DNA of 63,306 nucleotides, counting the filler. It is 4 parts of 4 records of this genome, joined end to end, with 100 filler letters (N's around TTAATTAATTAA, not from the genome) between each part and the next. Parts side by side here need not be neighbours in the genome. Positions count along the whole stretch, not along the records: positions 55,927 to 63,306 come from SRR31156797_9022; 3 more parts are not named here. One strand, given 5' to 3'. Each line of letters starts with the position of its first letter. Within the stretch, counting starts at the first letter, position 1. Positions 56,222-63,306 of this stretch are shown one piece after another. Both the position numbers and the translations under genes were made by a program. The notes under the pieces were generated by a model that did no database searches, had not been told where the DNA came from, and saw only the letters and a list, made by a program, of their open reading frames with translations.

Positions 56222-57568
56222 CTATTTTTTTGAAGAGCTGATTGGGATTCTTAATTCTACAGTTGTTCCTTTGCTGATTTTACTAATTATATTTATATCT
56301 CCACTTAGAATTCCCAGGATTTTTTTTACTATGTTTAAGCCCAATCCATGACTTTTTAATTCTTGTTCTCTGGAACTATCTACCATATAAAATTTATTGA
56401 AAATTTTCTCTTGGTTTTCATCGGAGATTCCTATTCCATGATCTTTTATTTTAATATTTAAGTTAAAATCATCAGAAGAACTATAAATTTCTATAGGATT
56501 ATTTTTTCCATATTTTATAGCATTACTGATTAAATTTCTTAGAAGTTGCTTGATTAAATTCCTGTCACTAATTAATATTTGATCAGCTTGTGTTAGATAA
56601 TTCAGTTCTTGTTTAGGGAATAAAACATTAAATTCAGTTATTATTTCAGATAACATTTCTTGTATACTAATTTTTTCCAATGTTAATTCATTTGATTCAG
56701 AATTTGATAAAAAGAGAAGTTTTTCTGTTAAAACGATCATATTTTTAGTTTCATCAGTTAATGATGTCACGCAATCATCAAATATTTTATTATCATCTTT
56801 ACCACGTTTTTTTAGCATCGCCAGATAACTATTTATGATAAAAAGAGGTGTTTTTAATTCATGTGAAGCATTATGAACAAACTCTGATTGTAAGCTGATC
56901 TGTTCCCTTAATCTTTCAACCATTTTTTTATATGAAATAATGAGTTGCGAAAATTCCGAATAGAATTCATTGTTATTTATAGAAATATCAGTAGTTTTAA
57001 TATTAATCTTTTCAGTAATTCCCTCTATGTAAGTTAATTGCTCGTTGATTTTTTTTAGGAAACGTTTGCTTATTAGAACTTCAATAGAGATTAAAATAGC
57101 TAAAACGAAAATATTAATAATTATAATTCCTGTGATAAAATGTTTTTCTTCAGATAAATCTCTTACTATATTTAATTTAACTACTTCATTACTTAGTGTC
57201 GGAACTTCACAATATAAGTTGTAATATCCAAAGTATCCTATTTTTTGTATTTTATTAGGAATAATATTTTTATAATTTATTTCAGGGAAATCATTTTGTT
57301 GATAAACTTTATCTCTGTATTCCATTTTGATATACAGATGACTTTGTTCCGGACTCTCAGAAACTGACATTCTGTAAAAGAAATCTATATCCTGATGATC
57401 AGGTTCAGATAGTTCCTCTATAAAAAACTCCTTAACATTTTTGATATTAACTTTACTTTCTCTTAGCATATATGACCATGTGAAAAGTATTATTAATAGT
57501 GAAGTGAGGAATTGAAGAATAATTAGAATAGAGTAACTGTTAAATAATATTTTAGATAATCTTTTCAT
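56222..57568 (-). CDS. Membrane sensor histidine kinase (OmpR-partner type)
   Basis: Two TM, EFVHNASHELKTPL, NAIKY, DHGIGI and GLGL motifs. Confidence 0.93.
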   Translation of the reverse strand: MKRLSKILFNSYSILIILQFLTSLLIILFTWSYMLRESKVNIKNVKEFFIEELSEPDHQDIDFFYRMSVSESPEQSHLYIKMEYRDKVYQQNDFPEINYKNIIPNKIQKIGYFGYYNLYCEVPTLSNEVVKLNIVRDLSEEKHFITGIIIINIFVLAILISIEVLISKRFLKKINEQLTYIEGITEKINIKTTDISINNNEFYSEFSQLIISYKKMVERLREQISLQSEFVHNASHELKTPLFIINSYLAMLKKRGKDDNKIFDDCVTSLTDETKNMIVLTEKLLFLSNSESNELTLEKISIQEMLSEIITEFNVLFPKQELNYLTQADQILISDRNLIKQLLRNLISNAIKYGKNNPIEIYSSSDDFNLNIKIKDHGIGISDENQEKIFNKFYMVDSSREQELKSHGLGLNIVKKILGILSGDINIISKISKGTTVELRIPISSSKK

Positions 57569-57580
57569 AACAACTCCTTT

Positions 57581-58246
57581 TTATTTTTTCAAAGTATATC
57601 CAAAACCTCTTACGGTTTTGATTAATTTATTCTCGCCCTCTATTTTTTTTCTTAGAGTATTTATAAATACATCTACGATCTTTTCACCACCAAAATAATC
57701 ATAACCCCAGACATTGCTTAAGATTTGTTCTCTTGATAAAACTATTTCATTATTTAAAGTCAGATAATGAAGTAAGTTAAATTCTGTTTTTGTTAGTGAA
57801 ATTAGCTCCTCGTCAACATAAGCCTTTTTTTCTGCCAGATTGATTTTTATGTTTTGATAAATCAGCAGATCAGGATTCAAGATGTTTTTTTTATTCCTAA
57901 GTACGACTCTCATTCTTGCAAATAACTCTTCTATAACAAAAGGTTTAGTAATATAATCATCAGCTCCCATATCTAAGAGTTCAACTTTATTTGAGATATG
58001 ATTTTTAGCTGTCAGGATAATTATTGGTACTTCTGATTCCTCTCTTATCTGTCTGCACACACTTTCTCCTGATTCCATAGGAAGCATTAAATCTAATAAA
58101 ATCAAACTATATGAGTTTTCTTTAAATTTCTTAAGTCCCTCTTTTCCGGTTTTAGCTGTATCAACAGCATAATTATTATATCTTAACTCCATTTCAAGAT
58201 ACTTACTTATTTTTGGATCATCTTCTATTAATAATACTTTTATCAT
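57581..58246 (-). CDS. OmpR/PhoB-family response regulator
   Basis: REC domain (LLDLMLP, GADDYITKPF) plus winged helix (LTKTEF, IKTVRGFGY). Confidence 0.95.
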   Translation of the reverse strand: MIKVLLIEDDPKISKYLEMELRYNNYAVDTAKTGKEGLKKFKENSYSLILLDLMLPMESGESVCRQIREESEVPIIILTAKNHISNKVELLDMGADDYITKPFVIEELFARMRVVLRNKKNILNPDLLIYQNIKINLAEKKAYVDEELISLTKTEFNLLHYLTLNNEIVLSREQILSNVWGYDYFGGEKIVDVFINTLRKKIEGENKLIKTVRGFGYTLKK

Positions 58247-58306
58247 AATTAACCGCCCTATTATATTTATTCACTATAAATTATACTTTATTTTACAAAA
58301 GAAAAG

Positions 58307-58356
58307 TAAAGATTTGATAAAGATAAAAAAATATAAAAATCTTTACGAAATCTTTA
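58307..58356. promoter_or_regulatory. Two oppositely oriented OmpR-type direct-repeat boxes
   Basis: TAAAGAT at 58307 and 58318, AAATCTTTA at 58337 and 58348; both pairs have an 11-bp period. Confidence 0.7.
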
Positions 58357-58403
58357 TAAATGAATTATATCATTGTTTCAAATAAAAAATTAGGAGGAAC
58401 ATT

Positions 58404-59123
58404 ATGAAAAGAATATCAGTAATTGCTCCCGTTTATAACGAAGAGGAGAATATATCAAACTTTGTAAATAGAGTAGATGAGGTCTTAAAGAAAGGATTTA
58501 TCTCTTATGAGATAGTTTTAATTAATGATGGAAGTACAGATAATAGTAGAAAAATATTGAATCTGGAAGCATCTAAAAACTCTCATGTTAAAGTGTATCA
58601 TTTTAATAAAAATAACGGACAGACAGCAGCATTAGCAGCAGGATTTAAGAATTGTACAGGAGATGTAGTTGTAACTATGGATTCGGATATGCAGACTGAT
58701 CCCGAGGATATCTATAAATTACTACCGTATTTGGATGAATATGATATGGTGAATGGTAGAAGAAGCTCAAGAGAAGATGGACTCAAGAAAAAGATATCAT
58801 CTCTTGTAGGAAATAAAGTGAGAAATCTAATTACAGGAGATAATATAAGTGATACAGGTTGTCCTTTAAAGTTATTTAAAAGAGAAGTTGTAGATAGTTA
58901 TTACTTGTATGAAGGAATGCATAGATTTTTGCCAACACTTGCAAGATTAAATGGTTTCAGTGTAATAGAGATACCTGTGAATCATTATGACAGGGAGTTT
59001 GGAGTATCAAAATACGGAGTGTTTAATAGATTATTTAAAGGATTAAGAGATGCACTTGCTGTGAGATGGATGAAAAATAGAATGCTCAAATATGAGATAA
59101 AAATGGAGCTTAAGAACAATTAA
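58404..59123 (+). CDS. GT2 polyprenyl-phosphate glycosyltransferase (ArnC/DPM-synthase-like)
   Basis: ISVIAPVYNEE, NDGSTD, GQTAAL, MDSDMQ, DTGC and HRFLP motifs. Confidence 0.92.
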   Translation: MKRISVIAPVYNEEENISNFVNRVDEVLKKGFISYEIVLINDGSTDNSRKILNLEASKNSHVKVYHFNKNNGQTAALAAGFKNCTGDVVVTMDSDMQTDPEDIYKLLPYLDEYDMVNGRRSSREDGLKKKISSLVGNKVRNLITGDNISDTGCPLKLFKREVVDSYYLYEGMHRFLPTLARLNGFSVIEIPVNHYDREFGVSKYGVFNRLFKGLRDALAVRWMKNRMLKYEIKMELKNN

Positions 59124-59135
59124 GGAGTGAGTATT

Positions 59136-59423
59136 GTGAAGATAATTTTGTATATTGGTTTTATTGGGCAGATATTTTTCTCATTGAGATTTTTAACTCA
59201 GTGGATCGCCAGTGAAAAAGCAGGGAAAAGTGTAGTTCCTATCTCGTTTTGGTTTTTTAGTATTTTAGGCAGTGTGTTTTTATTATCATATGCAATTTAT
59301 AGAAAGGATCCGGTTTTTATAATGGGGCAATCACCTAACTTATTGATATATTCGAGAAATATATATTTACTATTAAGAGAGAAAAAAGGAGTTAGTTGTG
59401 AATATGAAAAGAATAGAGTTTAA
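59136..59423 (+). CDS. LAB_N (lipid A biosynthesis N-terminal domain) small membrane protein
   Basis: RFLTQWIASEKAGKSVVP.SFW...YAIYRKDPVFIMGQ...IYSRN. GTG 59136 fits the RBS better than 59127. Confidence 0.9.
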   Translation: MKIILYIGFIGQIFFSLRFLTQWIASEKAGKSVVPISFWFFSILGSVFLLSYAIYRKDPVFIMGQSPNLLIYSRNIYLLLREKKGVSCEYEKNRV

Positions 59424-61059
59424 TAAGAATGTTTTATTAATTTTTATAGTTGTAATTACCAGTTTTTATCTAAATCTGGGAATTGCAGAACCTGACATAA
59501 TGGAGGCACGAAATTTTATAACAGCTAAAGAGATGGTGGATGAAAATAAGTGGTTAATTCCTACTATGAACGGAGAACTTCGATTGGAAAAACCTCCTCT
59601 TCCAACTTGGTTAACAGCTATTAATATGAAAATATTTAATAGAACTACGCATCTGTTTTTTATGAGATTACCGGTTGCAATTATAGCAAGTTTAATGATT
59701 TTTTTTCTATATAATTTAGTTTTAAATTTATCAGATCATAGATTTAAAAATCAATTGGCAATTTTATCAGCGCTAGTTCTTCCAACAACTTTCAAAGTTA
59801 TGCAGATAGGGATGAGAAACTCCTGGGACCTTTACAATTATGCTTTTATGCTTGGTGCCATTAATTATTTAGTAATAGGATTAAAGAAAAGAAGAAAAAA
59901 ATATTTTATTTTCAGTGCTTTATTTATTGCCTTATCAGTAATGAGTAAAGGACCGGTTGGAATATATGGAATGTTAGTTCCTTTCTTAATTTCTTATTAC
60001 TATATTTATATCAGAGGAAATATTAGTTGGTGTAAGAAGGGAAATAGAGAGCTAAAAACAAATGTTTTTAGCTTAATTTTACTATCAACATTTTTATCTT
60101 TCCTATGGTATTTAATAGTCTATATTGTTGAGCCTGGGGCATTCTCAAGTGTAGCAGCAAAAGAGATAAATACATGGGGAAATAAACACACACAGCCATT
60201 TTGGTTTTATTTGCAGTTTATTGCTTACAGCGGTGTTTGGATGGTTTTTGGTATCAGTTCGTTTTTTCCTCGATATGTAGAAAAGAGAATAGAAGATTTA
60301 AAACTATATAGATTTTCACTTATTTGGCTGGGATTAACATATCTGTTTTTATCACTTGTACCAATGAAAAAAGAGAGATATGCTCTACCTATTTATATCT
60401 GTTTTGCTATTTTGATAGCGCAAATTTTACATGCTTTATTAGCAATGAAGAACTATGAAAAGTCAGATAGATTTATTATCAAAATTCATTCAGCTTTAAT
60501 GGGAGTTTTAGCATTTGGATTAGCAGGATATCTCAATTTGCAAAAAAATCTTAATGATTATAAGCATATTAATCTTATAATATTTTTATTTATTTCACTG
60601 GGAGTTCTCTTTATATATAATTTGTCTAAAAAAGAAGAGATGCAAATGAAAAAAATCATGAAATTAAATATAATTTACATACTTTTCATATATATGTGTG
60701 TTTATCCGTTTGGAGAAAATATAACATCTGGCAAAGATAAGCAAAACTATAATTTTGAAGAAATTTATAAAAACTATGACATTGATGAGGGTGAGTATAT
60801 ATATTCGATTGAGAAATATCGTATTCAGGATGTCTGGTATTTTCAGAGAAAGATAAAAATATTTGAAACAGAGAAAATTAGTGACTTAGATTATCCAATA
60901 ATTATCGTAGGAAAAGAAGAAAAAATTATAAATAAATATTTCCATGACAGTAAATTTAACAAACAAAAAATAGAGATATTGAATAAAAAAAATGAGTTAG
61001 CAATGAACATGTATATTATTGAAGACCTTTTTAGAAAGAATAGCTATCGGGTGAAATAA
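59398..61059 (+). CDS. ArnT-family (GT83) membrane glycosyltransferase
   Basis: MEARNFITAKEM...WLIPTMNGELRLEKPPL..W, KGPV and KKERY motifs. Confidence 0.9.
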   Translation: MNMKRIEFNKNVLLIFIVVITSFYLNLGIAEPDIMEARNFITAKEMVDENKWLIPTMNGELRLEKPPLPTWLTAINMKIFNRTTHLFFMRLPVAIIASLMIFFLYNLVLNLSDHRFKNQLAILSALVLPTTFKVMQIGMRNSWDLYNYAFMLGAINYLVIGLKKRRKKYFIFSALFIALSVMSKGPVGIYGMLVPFLISYYYIYIRGNISWCKKGNRELKTNVFSLILLSTFLSFLWYLIVYIVEPGAFSSVAAKEINTWGNKHTQPFWFYLQFIAYSGVWMVFGISSFFPRYVEKRIEDLKLYRFSLIWLGLTYLFLSLVPMKKERYALPIYICFAILIAQILHALLAMKNYEKSDRFIIKIHSALMGVLAFGLAGYLNLQKNLNDYKHINLIIFLFISLGVLFIYNLSKKEEMQMKKIMKLNIIYILFIYMCVYPFGENITSGKDKQNYNFEEIYKNYDIDEGEYIYSIEKYRIQDVWYFQRKIKIFETEKISDLDYPIIIVGKEEKIINKYFHDSKFNKQKIEILNKKNELAMNMYIIEDLFRKNSYRVK

Positions 61060-61244
61060 AGCTCGAAAAATATAAAGATTACCGAAGTAATTGACTCAAC
61101 TCTTAAATCACTGTGGAATGACTTAAATAACAAAAAGTTATCATTATCAATAAAAAAACACCATTTTACTAAAATGAGTGTAAAGAGTAATATTATATTA
61201 TAAAAGAGTAATGATTATAATATTATTTAAATGGAGGAAAGCAA

Positions 61245-62000
61245 ATGAAAAAAATGAGTTGTATTGGTTTGATTATTTTTGTATTTTTACCACTAAGTAT
61301 TTTTGGAAAAACTGAGTTGAAAATGGAGATATTAAACTCAGCCCCAAAGTATATACAGACTAGTAATAAGAGCATCGAAGGATTATGTATAGAACTTGCT
61401 AAACTTATCGAGGAAAATTCAGATTATGAGTTCTCTTATCCAAAAAACTTTACACCACTTAAGAGAATAACTAAACACCTAAGCATCGGTGAAACAAATA
61501 TACATTTTGGATTATCAAAAAATACTGAGAGAGAAAAGCTATTTATTTACGGTGAGCCCCTATATCAACTGGATACAGTTGCTGTATCGAGATCAAATGA
61601 TAATTTAATTCTGAGTAAAGTTGAAGATTTACAAAGTTTAAATCATAATAAAGAGATATTAGGTTTATTTGGTTCCGGAACTAACAGATATTTAAGAGAA
61701 AATCTTGATTTAAATGTTGACGAAAATGGTAAAACAATTGATTCGAATCTATCAAAAATTATGGCTAAGAGAGGCAGAGTTTTTATATATCATAATCTAG
61801 GTCTTGTCTATAAAATGCAGGAGAACAAATTTAAAGATAAATTGAAAATCCAACCTTTAGTTATCAAAAGTTCAAATCACTGGGTGGTATTCTCAAAAGA
61901 AACTCCGGTTAATGTGAGAGAAGATATCAATAAAACTATTAGAGAGTTAAAAGAAAATGGAGAATGGCAGGAAGTAACAAATAAATATTTATCAAAATAG
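61245..62000 (+). CDS. Orphan periplasmic solute-binding protein (family 3-like)
   Basis: Signal peptide and PKY...GLCIE, P.KR, ERE, GR and LKENGEW...KY motifs. Confidence 0.8.
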   Translation: MKKMSCIGLIIFVFLPLSIFGKTELKMEILNSAPKYIQTSNKSIEGLCIELAKLIEENSDYEFSYPKNFTPLKRITKHLSIGETNIHFGLSKNTEREKLFIYGEPLYQLDTVAVSRSNDNLILSKVEDLQSLNHNKEILGLFGSGTNRYLRENLDLNVDENGKTIDSNLSKIMAKRGRVFIYHNLGLVYKMQENKFKDKLKIQPLVIKSSNHWVVFSKETPVNVREDINKTIRELKENGEWQEVTNKYLSK

Positions 62001-62011
62001 AGTTTTACTAC

Positions 62012-62042
62012 AAAAGTCGTGATATGATTCACGGCTTTTTTA
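62012..62042 (+). terminator. Rho-independent terminator
   Basis: AAAAGTCGTGA...TCACGGCTTTTTT. Confidence 0.75.
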
Positions 62043-62430
62043 TATATAAAATCTGATAAAAAAATATCCTGTTTTATCTAATAATATTTATATTAACAAC
62101 TACTTATACTTATTCAAAATTAATAATTCTCAAAACTGATATTATGAATACCTCTCCCAAATATTTTAGAGATCAGTATGGAAATTATACTATAACTAAA
62201 AGTTATTATTTCCAAACATATATTGTAAGCAAAGAAGTTAAAGCTTTGATTTTACTGAGTTAAAAACCATTACTAAAAGTAATGATCCTTGATAAAAATT
62301 ATGTATTTGTTAAAAATCCCTTTTCGCAATATACTAACACTATAAACTAAAAGCGAACACATTGGCGCTTATAAAACAAAATGATTTAGGAATTTTATTT
62401 TTCAAAACAAAAGGAGTGAATTATTCAATT

Positions 62431-63207
62431 ATGAAAAAAAATGAAGATAGAATTATTGAGATTCTTTCAAAATTAAGAGAAGAGTACGGAGCTAATTGCT
62501 TAAAGATGTCATTCGAAACTGAAAACATCGGTATGTTTGAACTTTTAAAAGCTAAGGAGATAGCAACAAGAGCAGGAGTAGGAATCCTAATGAAACTTGG
62601 AGGATGTGAAGCATTAGCTGATGCTGTAATATCTAAAGACCTTGGAGCAGAAGTTATTTTAGGACCAATGATTGAAACTAAATTTGCGTTAGAGAAATAC
62701 CTGCAAATGTGTGAGAAAGCATTCAAAGGTTATGACGAAGGAATGGAATTCTGGATTAACATTGAGACTGTTGAGTCGTGTGAAAAAATTGAAACCATCT
62801 TAAATGCATCAAATATTGCTAAATTAGATGGAATAGTTGTAGGAAGAACTGATCTATGTAGATCAATGGATGGGAGTCCTGCAGTAAATGATCAAGAAGT
62901 ATTAGATTTAGTAAAAACTTTATTTGAAAAAACACAAGCTAAAGGAGTTAAGTGCATGTTAGGTGGAGGTATCTCGTTTAAAACAGAAGCTTTCTTCAAT
63001 GAACTTGGAGATTTATTAGATGGATTTGAGACAAGAAAAGTTGTATTCAAAAGTAAAACAGGACCTCAAAAAGATATGAAAGCTTGTCTTGACTTAGCAT
63101 TAGAGTTTGAACTTGAGTGGTATAACATGAAAAAAGATCACTACTCTAAAAGATTTACAGAAGATGACGCTAAAATTCAACAAATGAAAGACGCTTTAGG
63201 ATTATAG
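62431..63207 (+). CDS. HpcH/HpaI aldolase / citrate lyase family protein
   Basis: KLGGCEA, PMIET, INIET, VVGRTDL and FETRK motifs. ATG 62431 follows AAGGAG. Confidence 0.8.
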   Translation: MKKNEDRIIEILSKLREEYGANCLKMSFETENIGMFELLKAKEIATRAGVGILMKLGGCEALADAVISKDLGAEVILGPMIETKFALEKYLQMCEKAFKGYDEGMEFWINIETVESCEKIETILNASNIAKLDGIVVGRTDLCRSMDGSPAVNDQEVLDLVKTLFEKTQAKGVKCMLGGGISFKTEAFFNELGDLLDGFETRKVVFKSKTGPQKDMKACLDLALEFELEWYNMKKDHYSKRFTEDDAKIQQMKDALGL

Positions 63208-63234
63208 AAAATTAAGCAAATCGTTCTCTGATTC

Positions 63235-63306
63235 AAATCACCCCAAACCCTTCTTTGTCTAAAGAGGGGCTGAAATAAAAAAGTCCCCTTTATCAAAGGG
63301 GATTTA
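63235..63306. repeat. Palindromic CCCCTTT...AAAGGGG-type interspersed repeat at contig end
   Basis: CCCTTCTTTGTCTAAAGAGGGG and TCCCCTTTATCAAAGGGGA hairpins, GC-rich in an AT-rich context. Confidence 0.6.

Noticed and set aside
61162-62284. AAAGAGTAAT direct repeat (61182, 61203) and CATTACT-aaa-AGTAATG palindrome (62268) as operators
   Set aside because: Such matches are plausible by chance in very AT-rich DNA, and no cognate regulator is evident.

Overview
The window is not one replicon. It is four unrelated contigs joined by artificial N44-TTAATTAATTAA-N44 linkers (21912-22011, 49511-49610, 55827-55926). Taxonomic labels below are inferred from gene content and style. Contig 1 (1-21911, Desulfovibrionaceae-like) has a siderophore-uptake island (MMPL transporter, FptX/RhtX-like MFS, TonB-dependent receptor, PchR-like AraC regulator) and a Vibrio TonB2-like six-gene energiser operon with Fur-like boxes. 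It also carries part of a type VI secretion locus: tssJKLM plus an AMIN-domain gene, and a divergent TssB-TssC-like fusion. Contig 2 (22012-49510, Bacteroidales-like) encodes SOD, a T9SS cargo protein, DUF2027-Smr, an esterase, pirin, TonB-C proteins, GT39, prolyl oligopeptidase, a YD-repeat protein, a fused L-serine dehydratase and sfsA. It also holds a ~10.2 kb integrase-less island bounded by a duplicated 3' end of the prolyl oligopeptidase gene. The island carries a HigBA-like toxin-antitoxin pair, a solitary attC-like gene cassette and a TetR-TolC-RND efflux operon. Many REP-like palindrome families fill its intergenic spaces. Contig 3 (49611-55826, Desulfobacterales-like) has a hybrid sensor kinase, two proteins with a shared CxxC/SHxxCxxC domain, a sigma-54 promoter for an adh gene and a probable IS630-type MITE. 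Contig 4 (55927-63306, very AT-rich, Fusobacteriota-like) has a ZTP riboswitch, an OmpR-family two-component system divergent from a GT2/LAB_N/ArnT-like envelope-modification operon, a solute-binding protein and an HpcH-family aldolase. No tRNA, rRNA or CRISPR array was seen. All family assignments come from motif recognition by eye, not database searches.
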